A stretch of DNA of 64,000 nucleotides from an uncultured bacterium (GCA_963822585.1 CAWGIE010000010.1:1-64000); one strand, 5' to 3'. Positions 46,666-56,722 are shown, counted from the stretch's first letter. The notes: generated by a model from the letters alone, not told the origin. Made by a program: numbers and translations.

Positions 46666-46944
46666 ATGAAGGAGTTGATCGAGTATATCGTGAAATCGAT
46701 TGTTGATTTTCCGGAGAGCGTTGATGTGACTCAGATTGACGGGGAGAGCACGATCGTCTTCGAGCTCCGTGTCCGGCAGGATGACGTGGGTAAGGTGATC
46801 GGGAAGAAAGGGCGGACCATCAATGCCATCCGAACGCTGGTCAACGCCACCGCCGCCAAGTCAAGTATGCGCGCCATGCTGGAGATCGTGGAGGAGGACA
46901 AGCAGCCCTCTCCGCCCGCGGAGGAGTATTCTCGGGAGGAGTAG
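46666..46944 (+). CDS. khpA: KH-domain RNA-binding protein
   Basis: MKELIEYIVKSIVD.P, DVGKVIGKKGRTINAIR; position after rpsP. Confidence 0.92.
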   Translation: MKELIEYIVKSIVDFPESVDVTQIDGESTIVFELRVRQDDVGKVIGKKGRTINAIRTLVNATAAKSSMRAMLEIVEEDKQPSPPAEEYSREE

Positions 46945-46997
46945 CCGCCGTGGCCCGGTCTCGGCAACGGGACATTTTTTTTAACGGCATGTTGATG

Positions 46998-47038
46998 AAA
47001 CCCGGCTGGCGGTCTGTTCGGCCGCCGGCCGGGTTTTT
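46998..47038 (+). terminator. Terminator-like hairpin between khpA and trmD
   Basis: aaacccggctggcggtc tgttc ggccgccggccggg ttttt. Confidence 0.55.
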
Positions 47039-47133
47039 ATGCGCCGCCGGCTCCGCCGTCGCCCGTGGACGATGAAGGCGCCCCTAAATGAGGCGCCGCG
47101 GGATGACCAGGGAGCTCCAGGGAGAAGGCTTCC

Positions 47134-47877
47134 GTGCAGATCGATATTATCACCCTCTTCCCGGGGGTATTTACCGAGTACCTGAATGAGAGCATCATCA
47201 AGCGCGCCCGGGAGAAGGGGGTGGTCCGGGTCCGGGCAATTAACCTGCGTGAGTACACCCACGACAGCCACCGGACGGTGGACGATCGCCCTTACGGGGG
47301 CGGGGCGGGGATGGTCCTGAAGGCTCCGCCCCTTTTCGAGGCGGTGGAGGATCTTTCCAGCCCCGGCTGCCGCGTCCTTCTGCTCTCGCCCCGGGGGATG
47401 CTTTTCGACCAGAAGAAAGCCCGGGCACTGAGCGGGGAGAAACACCTGATATTAATCTGTGGAAGGTATGAGGGGGTTGACGAGCGGGTGAGCGGGAGCC
47501 TGGTGGATGAAGAGATATCCATCGGGGATTACGTTCTGACCGGGGGGGAATTGCCGGCGATGGTAGTGATGGACAGCGTCATTCGTCTGGTCCCCGGAGT
47601 CCTGGGAGACCCCGGCTCGGCGATCGACGAATCGTTTTCAGAGGGCCGGCTCGAGTATCCCCAGTATACCCGGCCGGAGGAATACCGGGGGATGGCGGTC
47701 CCCCCGCTGTTGCTTGCCGGAGACCACGGGGAAGTGGCCCGGTGGCGTGAGAAACAGGCCTTTCTGATGACCTGTCGCCGCCGGCCCGACCTTCTCCAAA
47801 AGTGGCCGCCGACCGAACAGGAAAATATCTGGCTGCAAGAGGCAGAAAACGAAGGATTAAAAGATGAATGTAATTGA
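47134..47877 (+). CDS. trmD: tRNA (guanine-N1)-methyltransferase
   Basis: TLFP, VDDRPYGGGAGMV, CGRYEGVDERV, SIGDYVLTGGE, EYPQYTRP. Confidence 0.97.
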   Translation: MQIDIITLFPGVFTEYLNESIIKRAREKGVVRVRAINLREYTHDSHRTVDDRPYGGGAGMVLKAPPLFEAVEDLSSPGCRVLLLSPRGMLFDQKKARALSGEKHLILICGRYEGVDERVSGSLVDEEISIGDYVLTGGELPAMVVMDSVIRLVPGVLGDPGSAIDESFSEGRLEYPQYTRPEEYRGMAVPPLLLAGDHGEVARWREKQAFLMTCRRRPDLLQKWPPTEQENIWLQEAENEGLKDECN

Positions 47878-48256
47878 ACGTTTAGAGAAGGAACAGCTCA
47901 AGCAGGATTTACCCGAATTCCGGATCGGAGACACGATCAGTGTCCACGCCAAGATTATCGAGGATGACCGGGAACGGATCCAGGTCTTCACCGGTGTCTG
48001 CATCGCCCGCAAGGGATCGGGGATCAGGGAATCGGTCACCCTCCGGCGGGTGACCTATGGGCTGGCGGTCGAGAGAGTATTTCTCCTTCACTCGCCCCGT
48101 ATCGCCCGCATCGAGATCGGACGCGGCGGCGCGGTGCGCCGGGCCAAGCTGTATTACCTGCGGGAGAAAAAAGGCAAAAAGGCCCGTCTCAAGGAACGGA
48201 AATCGGCCCCCGTTCAGAGTCAAGCGGAGGAACCGGCAGCGCCCTCCGAAGACTAG
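47864..48256 (+). CDS. rplS: 50S ribosomal protein L19
   Basis: PEFRIGDTI.V, ERIQVF.G, VERVF..HSP, VRRAKLYYLR. Confidence 0.96.
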   Translation: MNVIERLEKEQLKQDLPEFRIGDTISVHAKIIEDDRERIQVFTGVCIARKGSGIRESVTLRRVTYGLAVERVFLLHSPRIARIEIGRGGAVRRAKLYYLREKKGKKARLKERKSAPVQSQAEEPAAPSED

Positions 48257-48271
48257 GAGCATTGCCGGGTC

Positions 48272-48904
48272 ATGGCTCCTGAATTTATCGTCCCCTCCCG
48301 GATGCTTTTCTGGGAGGAAAAGTTCGCGAGCGAAGGCACTGGCCGGATCGCCGGTCTGGATGAGGCCGGGCGGGGTCCTCTGGCCGGGCCGGTGGTCGCC
48401 GCCGCCGTTATTCTTCCCTTCCGCCGGAGCCACCCCGTGCCCATCAAGGATTCCAAGAAACTTTCTCCCGCCCGGCGTGAGGAGTCTTTCCGTTATCTGC
48501 GGTCGCTCGCCGGGGCCGTGATCGGCGTCGGGGTTGTCGATCAGGCCGAGATCGACCGGATCAATATCCTGGAAGCGACCCGGAAAGCGATGCGCTCGGC
48601 GGCGGCCCTCGTTCCGCAGGCCACCAGCCTTCTCATCGACGGACTTTCCCTGCCCGGTTACCCGCTCCGCCAGCACCTGCTCATCCGGGGTGAAGAGGCC
48701 AGTGTTTCCATCGCGGCCGCGTCCATTATCGCCAAGGTGACCCGTGACCGGATCATGCGTGAATACGATCGAAAGTATCCCGGCTACGGTTTCGTCCGTC
48801 ATAAGGGGTACGGAACCCGGGAGCACCTGGCGATGCTCGATAAGCATGGTCCCTGCCCCATCCACCGCCTCACCTTCCGCCCCGTCCGCGACCGCCTCCG
48901 CTAA
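48272..48904 (+). CDS. rnhB: Ribonuclease HII
   Basis: GLDEAGRGPLAGPV, DSKKL, IDG, SIAAASIIAKVTRD, KGYGT, HR.TF. Confidence 0.96.
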   Translation: MAPEFIVPSRMLFWEEKFASEGTGRIAGLDEAGRGPLAGPVVAAAVILPFRRSHPVPIKDSKKLSPARREESFRYLRSLAGAVIGVGVVDQAEIDRINILEATRKAMRSAAALVPQATSLLIDGLSLPGYPLRQHLLIRGEEASVSIAAASIIAKVTRDRIMREYDRKYPGYGFVRHKGYGTREHLAMLDKHGPCPIHRLTFRPVRDRLR

Positions 48905-49246
48905 CCCCCCGCCGCGCCCCATAAATAAAACTACGAATTACGCGAATTACGCGAATTGATCATTATATGTTAAGTCCGAGCGTATTTCGTTCGACGTTCG
49001 AAGTTGAGCGTTTTTAACCCGAGATGACCGGAGGTCATTTTTCGGGTCGATGTTCGAAGTTCAGTTTTTCATTCCCCCGCCGCCCCCCATAAATAAAACT
49101 ACGAATTACGCGAATTGATCATTATATGTTAAGTCCGAGCGTATTTCGTTCGACGTTCGAAGTTGAGCGTTTTTAACCCGAGATGACCGGAGGTCATTTT
49201 TCGGGTCGACGTTCGATGTTCGGTTTTTTATCCCCCGCCGCCCCCC
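48905..49246. repeat. Tandem direct duplication (about 169 and 158 bp) of a composite repeat unit
   Basis: ccccgccgc.cccc-ataaataaaactacgaattacgcgaatt...gttcgacgttcgaagttgagcg...atgaccggaggtcat occurs twice; start of a third unit at 49232. Confidence 0.9.
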
Positions 49247-49253
49247 TTTTTTT

Positions 49254-49478
49254 AGCCGCAAAAAGGCGCAAAAGACGCAAAAGGTTGAAAATTGAACGTT
49301 CGACGTTGGAAGTTGGAAGTTGAACGTTCATCCACCCCAGCGATCACCTCTCCCCTCGGGGGAGAGGTCGGCCGTTCAGAATGAACGGCCGGGTGAGGGG
49401 GTCTCGTTGAAAGTTGGAAGTTGAACGTTAAACGTTGAACGTTCAGCATCCTTATCCCTTAACCCTTATCCCTTACCC
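49254..49478. repeat. Cluster of mixed short tandem arrays and a REP-like double hairpin
   Basis: gccgcaaaaaggcgcaaaagacgcaaaag; GTTGAAC-type 7-mers either side of cctctcccctcgggggagagg...gggtgagggg; ccttatcccttaacccttatccc. Confidence 0.8.
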
Positions 49479-50845
49479 CTGCTTTTCCGGCGCAGGGCGC
49501 GCAGACAGTCGCGGACGCTTTCTTCATAGGTAGGATGGTAAAAAGGCAGCCTGAGAGCGTCTTCGACCGTCATCCGGGCCTGAATCAGGACCGCGATCAG
49601 GTGAGCCAGGTGTTCGCCCGCCGGCGCGGCCATCTCGGCGCCGATGATCCGACCGTCGGCGCCGTCGGCGTACATGCGCAGGATGCCGTCGGAAGCTTCG
49701 TCGACGATTCTTCTCCCGCTGTTTTCAAAACCGGTTCCGGCGACCACGGCTCCTTGATCCAGTTCGTCGAACCGTCTTCCCACGCTGCACAAACAGGGAC
49801 GGGTAAAAGTTATTGCCAGGGGGACCCGCGCCGGCAGCGGTCGGAGGTGATCGGGATCGGCGGCGTTCTCGCCCGCGCAGCGGCCCTGGTCGACCGCGTC
49901 CTGGTAGAAGGGCCGGATCAGGGAGCAATCGCCGGCGAGAAAAACGTTCCGGTCACCGCATTTCAGGGTCTGCCGGTTCAGGAGCGGGAAGCCGCGTTCG
50001 TTCAGGGAGAGTCCGCTTTTCTCCAGGCGCAGCCGCGCGAAGTCCGGCTTTCTCCCCGCGGCGACCACGGCCAGCTCGAAAGTCCGGAATTCCTTTTTCC
50101 CCTCCCTGTCCGAAAAACCGACCGTGACCCCGCCATCGCCGGCCTTTTCCAGCACCGCCGTTGCTCCCCGGCGCAGATCGATCGATTTTTCCAATACCGA
50201 CGCAAATACGCTCCTCACCTCCGGGTCCCCGATCCCGGCGATGTTTTCGGTCATCTCGACCGCGGTCACCGATCTCCCCAGGCGACTCAGCGCCTGTCCG
50301 ATCTCGACCCCGACGAACCCGAGGCCGATCACCAGGACGGTTTCGGGGATGGTCTCGAGTTCGAAGAGTTGATCGGTGGTGACGATTGTTTGCCCGGCCG
50401 TCCGCCAGCCGGGGGGGAGTGCCGGCGTGGTCCCGCAGGCAATGACGATCGCCCGGCAATGGAAAAGAGATCCGTCCGCCTCCAGTTTCATGGGGCCGGC
50501 GAAAGAGACGTCGGAAGGGATCAGCCGCTCGCGGAAACGGTTCTGCAGGCGATTTCTCACCTCATCCGCCAGCATGTCCCGGCGTTTCCGCAGCGAGCGC
50601 ATCATCTCGGCGTCATCTACTCGGATGTTCTCGCCGGCGATCTCCGGGGAGCGGGCGGCGACGGCATTATCGGCGGAATGGATGAGCATCTTGGAGGGCA
50701 TGCAGCCGACCCGGGCGCAGGTCGTCCCCAGCTCTCCGCCGTCGAAGATGAGAACGTTATCCGTCTTCCGCAGAGCCCGGCTCAGGGCGTACATCCCGGC
50801 GGTACCGGCCCCGATAATCGCCACGTCGATTTCCCGCATCTTCAT
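49466..50845 (-). CDS. Dihydrolipoamide dehydrogenase-like class I pyridine nucleotide-disulfide oxidoreductase
   Basis: IIGAGTAG, GTTCARVGCMPSK, GLGFVGVE, FLAGD, PFYHPTYEE. Confidence 0.88.
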   Translation of the reverse strand: MKMREIDVAIIGAGTAGMYALSRALRKTDNVLIFDGGELGTTCARVGCMPSKMLIHSADNAVAARSPEIAGENIRVDDAEMMRSLRKRRDMLADEVRNRLQNRFRERLIPSDVSFAGPMKLEADGSLFHCRAIVIACGTTPALPPGWRTAGQTIVTTDQLFELETIPETVLVIGLGFVGVEIGQALSRLGRSVTAVEMTENIAGIGDPEVRSVFASVLEKSIDLRRGATAVLEKAGDGGVTVGFSDREGKKEFRTFELAVVAAGRKPDFARLRLEKSGLSLNERGFPLLNRQTLKCGDRNVFLAGDCSLIRPFYQDAVDQGRCAGENAADPDHLRPLPARVPLAITFTRPCLCSVGRRFDELDQGAVVAGTGFENSGRRIVDEASDGILRMYADGADGRIIGAEMAAPAGEHLAHLIAVLIQARMTVEDALRLPFYHPTYEESVRDCLRALRRKSRGKG

Positions 50846-50944
50846 GCCGGCTTGCTCTTGATAATCTCTTTGAAGAATCCGTGTAATTAATGCCTACTCG
50901 AAAAAGTATTTTGATGATCGTATCTAAAACAATGGAAGAAATTT

Positions 50945-51042
50945 ACCACGAAGGTCACGAAGTACACGAAGAATAGTTAAGAAAAAGAAATATCATACAC
51001 TTCTTTTAGAAAAATCTTCGTGTCCTTCGTGTCCTTCGTGGT
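50945..51042. repeat. Family B inverted 9-mer array
   Basis: accacgaaggtcacgaagtacacgaag ... cttcgtgtccttcgtgtccttcgtggt. Confidence 0.92.
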
Positions 51043-51104
51043 TTGAATCGATTTTTTTCAATGGGTGATCTAATCAGTGGATGAAAAAGGAGGTAAGGGC
51101 GGCA

Positions 51105-52955
51105 TTAGTCGAGGAGAGCTTTCTCGTAGGCTTCGAAGATGTTTCGGTAGGTGATGATCCCGACCACCTTCCGGACCTGTTCGGACTTGATTACCGGGGC
51201 GATCCCGATGAAACCTTCTTTCATCCGCTTGAAGACCCGGTCGACCGGCTCCTCCGGGGTTGCGATTACCGGGTTCGGGTTCATGAAGTCCCGGGCCTTC
51301 AGCTCGGTATCCGGGGTGGTGGATTCGATCCCCATGTGGAGTTCTTTATAGGTGACGATGCCAACCAGGTTGCCTTCGGAGTCCACGACCGGGAGGCTGG
51401 TGTGAAGGGTGGTCCCGACCTTTTTTCTCAGAATGTCCATGGTCATGTTCTCCGGGATCGTCTGGGTATCCCGGATCATGATGTCCTTGATCAACATGGT
51501 CTGCAGGATGTCCGTTTTTCCCTTGCGGGCGATGACGATGCCTTTCTGCCGCAGCTTCTCGGTGTAGATGCTCTCCTCCCTGATCCAGTGTGAAACCAGC
51601 GTGCTCACGATGACCGCGGCCATGATCGGCAGTATGATCTCGTAACTGTCGCTCATCTCGAAAAGGAGAAAGATGGCCGTGATCGGCGCGTGGGCCGCCC
51701 CGGCAAAGCAGGCCCCCATCCCCACCAGGGCGTAGACGACGGGGGATGAGGTATGGCCGGGAAAGATGCTGTGGAGGAGGATGCCGTACATCCCCCCGGC
51801 CATGGCCCCGATAAAGAGGGAGGGGGCGAAGATGCCGCCGGATCCTCCGGATCCCAGCGTGAAGCTGGTGGCCGCGATCTTGAAGACTGCCAGCATGATC
51901 AGGGCCAGGATAAGCGTCCCGATCCCGTGGGCCCCGATCCAGAGGGTGTAGTTGTCCGGGTTCAAAACCTGCCGGATGGTGATATAGCCGACGCCCATCA
52001 CGGAGAGGGGATTGTCCAGACCTTGAGCCGGCACCCAGCGGGTGGCGTAGTATGCCATCAGCCCCACCATCAGGCCGCCGGTCAGCGGTTTCAGGTAATC
52101 GGGGAATTTGATCCGGTCGTAGACGTGTTCAAACGATTCCAGGGCGATCGTGAACGCTTTCGAGACGAAGGCGATGAAGACGCCCAGCCCGAGAAAGGCG
52201 ATGATTTCCCAGGACGAGGCCATGAAGAGGATGGCCTTCATCTTCTCGATGGCGAAGATCGTGTTGTCGCCGCTGATCGCCCGGGCGACGAGGGCGGAAA
52301 CGACCGAGGCGATGGCGACATAGATGAAAGAAAGCCCCCGGAACTCCCCCAGGATGACCTCCAGGGAGAACATGATCCCCCCGAAGGGGGCGTTAAATAT
52401 GGCCGAGATACCGCCCGCCGCGCCGCAGGCGACGAAGGTATTGAGCCGCCGGGGGGGCATCCGGAAAAGCTGCCCCAGGGTGGAGCCGAAACCGGCCCCG
52501 ATCTGCACGATCGGCCCTTCACTTCCGGCCGACCCCCCGGTCCCGATGGTCAGGGCGGAGGCGATGCTCTTGACGATCGCCACCACCGGGCGGATCCGCC
52601 CCCCTTTCGTCATGACCGCCGCCATTACTTCCGGGACCCCGTGGCCTTTCGCCTCCCGGGCGAAGAAGTAGATCATCGGCCCGACCAGCAGCCCCCCGGC
52701 CGCCGGGATAACGATCAGCCAGGGACCCAATGAGCTGCAGTGGGTGACGCCGTCCAGATGGCAGAGCTCTTCCACCAGGTGGATCAAACGGCTGAAGACG
52801 TAGGCGCCGAGGGCGGCCACGACACCGATGATGGCGGAGAAAGCGAAGGTGATCTGAACGGGCGAGATACGGAAACGGGAGAATAAATCAAGAAAAAAAC
52901 GGCTGAATTCGTATGAGGGCGTTTTCTTCGGAGCTGGAGGAGCAGTGTCGGTCAT
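51105..52955 (-). CDS. ClC chloride transporter with a C-terminal CBS pair
   Basis: GHGVPE, GSAGSEGP, FNAP...LE, GGSGGIFAP, SIYTEKL; start set at MTDTAPP. Confidence 0.92.
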   Translation of the reverse strand: MTDTAPPAPKKTPSYEFSRFFLDLFSRFRISPVQITFAFSAIIGVVAALGAYVFSRLIHLVEELCHLDGVTHCSSLGPWLIVIPAAGGLLVGPMIYFFAREAKGHGVPEVMAAVMTKGGRIRPVVAIVKSIASALTIGTGGSAGSEGPIVQIGAGFGSTLGQLFRMPPRRLNTFVACGAAGGISAIFNAPFGGIMFSLEVILGEFRGLSFIYVAIASVVSALVARAISGDNTIFAIEKMKAILFMASSWEIIAFLGLGVFIAFVSKAFTIALESFEHVYDRIKFPDYLKPLTGGLMVGLMAYYATRWVPAQGLDNPLSVMGVGYITIRQVLNPDNYTLWIGAHGIGTLILALIMLAVFKIAATSFTLGSGGSGGIFAPSLFIGAMAGGMYGILLHSIFPGHTSSPVVYALVGMGACFAGAAHAPITAIFLLFEMSDSYEIILPIMAAVIVSTLVSHWIREESIYTEKLRQKGIVIARKGKTDILQTMLIKDIMIRDTQTIPENMTMDILRKKVGTTLHTSLPVVDSEGNLVGIVTYKELHMGIESTTPDTELKARDFMNPNPVIATPEEPVDRVFKRMKEGFIGIAPVIKSEQVRKVVGIITYRNIFEAYEKALLD

Positions 52956-53133
52956 GGTATTTGATGAGCGCCCTTCGGTCGCAGACCTCGTAGTGCAGGG
53001 CTTCAGCCGGAGGCTGATCCGTCTTTGGCGGAAAATCTCTCTGTTACGAGTTATATTGAAAATGTGATTAAGCAATACTAAGATAACAAAAAAGCGAAAT
53101 AAAACAAAATAAGATTTAGCTCGGTTTTCAAAA

Positions 53134-53195
53134 TCTTCATGATCTTCGTGCCTGCGCGCCGGAGCGATCCGGCGCACCAGCGTGTCCTTCGTGGT
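53134..53195. repeat. Family B right arm interrupted by a hairpin module
   Basis: tcttcatgatcttcgtg[cctgcgcgccggagcgatccggcgcaccagcgtg]tccttcgtggt. Confidence 0.75.
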
Positions 53196-53246
53196 TTACT
53201 TCTTTTTGTTTCATGAGATACGTTTTTTGGGCAGGGTAAAATTATT

Positions 53247-53615
53247 ATGACGGAAGAGCGGCTTTCACTGGGAAGATGGGGGGAGGACCGGGCCGCCCGG
53301 TTTCTCCGCCGGAAGCGGTTCAAGATCCTGGAGAGGAATTATACCTGCCCGCTGGGAGAGATCGATATCATCGCCCGGCAGAAGGAGAGGCTGGTTTTTA
53401 TCGAGGTGAAAACGAAGACCGGCGGCGAGTCCCCTGCCCCCCGGTATTCGGTCAACCGGAGAAAACAGCGGCAGATCGTCCGGACGGCTCGGTATTATCT
53501 CAAGGGGTGCGGCGACCCGAACGTCAAATGCCGGTTTGACGTGGTGGAGATCATCGCCGGTGATCGCCGCCGCCCGGAAAAAATCACCCACCTCCCGGGC
53601 GCCTTCCGGCCATGA
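53247..53615 (+). CDS. yraN: YraN (UPF0102) nuclease-like protein
   Basis: GRWGE..A, ILERNY, GEIDIIA, FIEVK, RFDVV. Confidence 0.92.
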   Translation: MTEERLSLGRWGEDRAARFLRRKRFKILERNYTCPLGEIDIIARQKERLVFIEVKTKTGGESPAPRYSVNRRKQRQIVRTARYYLKGCGDPNVKCRFDVVEIIAGDRRRPEKITHLPGAFRP

Positions 53616-53624
53616 TTATTCTCT

Positions 53625-53979
53625 CCCCGCCGCGCCCCCTTTTATTACCACTAAGCCACAAAGACACTAAGATAAAGAAAAAGTGAATTGTGTTTATCGC
53701 CAGCGAAGCGATCCTCCATTTCCTACAATCCCTCTCTGGTGCCCCCCTCGCCTCGCCTCCTTCTTTTCTGCCCCCAAGACACCAAGGAAAGGGAGAATTG
53801 TATTCTCCGAACCGCCAGCGGCGTGATCATGCATTTTCTACAAAGCATAGCCGATCCGACAAGACACTGTCAGCGGCGGTACTACGGCTTTTCTAACTTT
53901 AAGCACTTCTAACTTTAGGCACTTTTCTTTATTGGAAGTTGAGCGTTGAAAGTTGAACGTTGAGCGTTCGACGTTCGGT
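53625..53979. repeat. Cluster of short tandem arrays
   Basis: ccccgccgcgcccc; accactaagccacaaagacactaag; ttctaactttaagcacttctaactttaggcactt; ttggaagttgagcgttgaaagttgaacgttgagcgttcgacgttcg. Confidence 0.75.
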
Positions 53980-53980
53980 T

Positions 53981-55659
53981 TTATTCCATAACCGGCACAT
54001 CTCCCTCCTTCCCGTAATAAAACCGTATCACCCCACGAATGGCCCAGAGGCCGGTCACGCTCCGGAAGATCCCCGGTTCGTACGTGCCGTCGCCGTCGTA
54101 GTCGCCCGGGACCGCCCGGTCCGGCGCCCCTCCGAAATAGACCCGCAGTCCCCCCCGGATCGCCCAGAGGCCGGACGCATTCTTGAAGACGGCCGGCTCG
54201 AACCTGCCGTCCCCGTTATAGTCACCCGGGATCGGTTGGAATCAACACCTCCGAAATAGACCCGGCTGCCGCCCCGGATGGCCCAGAGGCCGGAATCCAT
54301 TCGAAAGAGAGCCATGTTTGTCGTTCCGTCCCCGGTATAATCTCCGGCTACCGGTGTGTCGCCCTCCCCGCCGAAATAGACCCTGCCATTTCCTTCGACC
54401 GCCCAGAGCCCGGTGGAGGGGCGGAAGAGGGCGATCTCGCAGGTGCCGTCCCCGTCGTAATCGCCGGGGACCGGCATGTCGGTGGCGGAGCCGAAGTAAG
54501 AGCGGGCGACGTCTTTGACTGCCCAGAGTCCGGCCGCGGGCCGGAAGAGGGCGATATCGGTGGTCCGGTCGCCGTTATAGTCCCCGGGAACGGGGAGATC
54601 CCCCGGCCCCCCGAAATAGCAGCGGCTGATCCCTCGGACCGCCCAGATACCGGTCTCCGGCCGGAAGATGGCGACGTCCGTGGTCCCGTCGCCATCGTAG
54701 TCGTTCCGGGCGCCGGGCCTCATGGGCGTTGGTTCCGGTGTCGGTCCCGGAGGGGAATAGTAGTAAATGTAGCCGTCGTCCCCAAAATGAACGGATCCTC
54801 CCACCTGGCTGTAGCCGATCCGGAAAAATCCATCCTCCCCCCACCGGGTATCCCAGCTGTTCTTGCAGATGAAGTAGCCGCCGCCATATTCACCGGGGGT
54901 GTCCCGGTACCCGATCAGGAGGACCGCGTGGCCGCCGCTGTAGGTTCCCCAGGCGTATTCATAGACGCCGCTCTGGTAGGTGTAAAAATCAGAATAAATG
55001 TCCATGGTGACCTGGACCGGCCCATAGAGATACACCACTTCTTTCAAAGCGCTGATGGACGGTTCGATGGCCTGGTAGTCGTCAATGGCGAAGGCAGAGA
55101 GACGCCAGTCGGAGCAGGCGCCGGAACATTTTTCATCGGATTCAGAATAGGGGAAGCAGCCCTCGTAAAAGGTGCCGTCAGTGAGAAGAAATTCAGCGGC
55201 GTTTTTTGTGCTCCCGCCCTGGCAGCCGTCATTTCGCCAGCAGCAGGAGACCAGGATCTGTTCCGACAGGTCATAGAAGGCGCCGGGGGTCCCCCCGGCG
55301 ATGGCGATGGCGGACTCCAGCGCTCCCACGGCGGCAAAGGCCCAGCAGGCGCCGCAATTTCCCTGGTCCTTTACCGGGGAGACGAAGTTGCCCTCGTGGT
55401 TCCTCCAGTCCAGGAAGAGCGGGAGATCGATCCGGGCGGAGGTAAAGACAGGCGTTCCCTCTGACTTCTTTCCGGTTTCGATCACCCCGGGGGGAGGGAA
55501 TGTCCGCCCGTAATCCGCCGCCGTCCAGTGAAGCCCCTTTTCGGCGATGGCTTCCCGGATCTGTGGCAGTCCCGCCGTGGCCGCGAAGCCGGAAACGGCA
55601 CCCACGGCCGGGAAAAACGTGGTCAGGGTAAGGATAAAAAGTTGTCTCCATGTTTTCAT
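53981..55659 (-). CDS. Secreted papain-family (C1A) cysteine protease with Pro-Thr linker and six FG-GAP-like repeats; 1-nt frameshift near 54240
   Basis: DWR, KDQGNCGACWAF, LSEQ, GGHAV, KNSW..WGEDG; GDYxGDG...FRP..GLWA repeats continue in the shifted frame to a stop at 53981. Confidence 0.88.
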
Positions 55660-55861
55660 GGGGTATGCGGGTCCCCTCTGAATAACAGCTTCCTCCATAA
55701 ATAACATACCATACTGACGCCGAACCGGTAGTCGTTGTAACTAATATAGACGGGGAGATAATAACGTTTGATCAGCCGCCGTCGCCGCCAGGTAAATAAT
55801 GGACAGATACTCTCCGGCAACTGTTCAGGAAACAAGCAAGAAGGGAGCTTGGCGACGTATT

Positions 55862-55925
55862 AACCGTAGATTAAACGGATTAAGCGGATTGTTTTCCTTA
55901 TCCTTAATCCGCCTAATCCGCGGTT
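55862..55925. repeat. Inverted 9-mer array (CGGATT type)
   Basis: aaccgtagattaaacggattaagcggatt ... aatccgcctaatccgcggtt. Confidence 0.75.
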
Positions 55926-56722
55926 TCCTCTTGCGGCTCAGTTTGCCATTGCCGGCGGGCCTGGAAGAGAATGACGCCCGCCGCCACGGCGGCGTTCAGA
56001 CTTTCCACTTGGCCGGCCATGGGGATGGTGATCCGTTCATCCGCCGCCTCTGCGATCTCGCCCGGAAGTCCCGCCCCCTCTCCGCCGATGCAGATCGCTA
56101 CTGGAGGAGTGAAATCCGCTTCGGTATAAACGCCGGCGTCACCGGCGACATCCGCCGCCAGGATTCGGATCCGGTGTTCCCGGACGGCCGCCAGGAAACC
56201 GGCGAGGCTCAGTGCGGCGCAGGGCAGGCGGAAAGCGCTCCCCATGGCCCCCCGGAGAAAGCGGGGATGGGAGACGTCGACCCCCTCCAGGAGGATAAAA
56301 CCGGATGCTCCGGCGGCCTCCGCCGCCCGGACGATCGCCCCGGCGTTTCCCGGATCCTGGAGACCGGCGGCGACGGCCAGGCGCGCGTCTTTCCCGAAGA
56401 GGGATTCCGGGTCGACGGTCCGGAGGGCGACCACCGCCGCCGCGCCTTCGGGGTGGCGCAGACCGGAAATCTTCCGGTAGCAGTCATCCGTCACCCGGAG
56501 GACCTCGATCTCCCGCTTTCCGGCCAGTTCCGCGAGCGTTTTTCCTCCGGGGGTGCGGTCCATCCCCTCCGAGAGAACCAACGTGCGCACATCCGCGTGG
56601 AGGAGGGCTTCCCGCGCCGGGCGCAGTCCTTCCACCAGGGAAAGCCCGGTCTCCCGCCGGGTCCGGCTCTGCTGGAGGGCCGCCAGGGCCTTGATCCGGG
56701 GATTTTGTCGACTGGTGATCAT
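55913..56722 (-). CDS. TrmH/SpoU-family RNA methyltransferase
   Basis: MITSRQNP, VEG, LQDPGNAGAIVRAA, GGEGAG, IPM...ESLNAAVA. Confidence 0.92.
   Translation of the reverse strand: MITSRQNPRIKALAALQQSRTRRETGLSLVEGLRPAREALLHADVRTLVLSEGMDRTPGGKTLAELAGKREIEVLRVTDDCYRKISGLRHPEGAAAVVALRTVDPESLFGKDARLAVAAGLQDPGNAGAIVRAAEAAGASGFILLEGVDVSHPRFLRGAMGSAFRLPCAALSLAGFLAAVREHRIRILAADVAGDAGVYTEADFTPPVAICIGGEGAGLPGEIAEAADERITIPMAGQVESLNAAVAAGVILFQARRQWQTEPQEETAD

Noticed and set aside
48905..49246. CRISPR array
   Set aside because: Units are 158-169 bp near-identical duplicates without unique spacers; no cas genes in the window.
51105..52955. Fluoride-specific CLC-F exporter
   Set aside because: Motifs are GHGVP and GSEGP rather than GNNLI and GREGT; no fluoride riboswitch seen.
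52956..53177. N-terminal extensions in the ORF track (also 6017, 8062, 10873, 44746, 46272, 56887, 59282)
   Set aside because: They run through intergenic or repeat DNA; downstream starts fit family N-termini and, in most cases, SD sites better.
53737..53760. tRNA 3' end on the minus strand (GGGGGGCACCA) as an att site
   Set aside because: No T-arm (GTTCRA) at the expected distance and no integrase.
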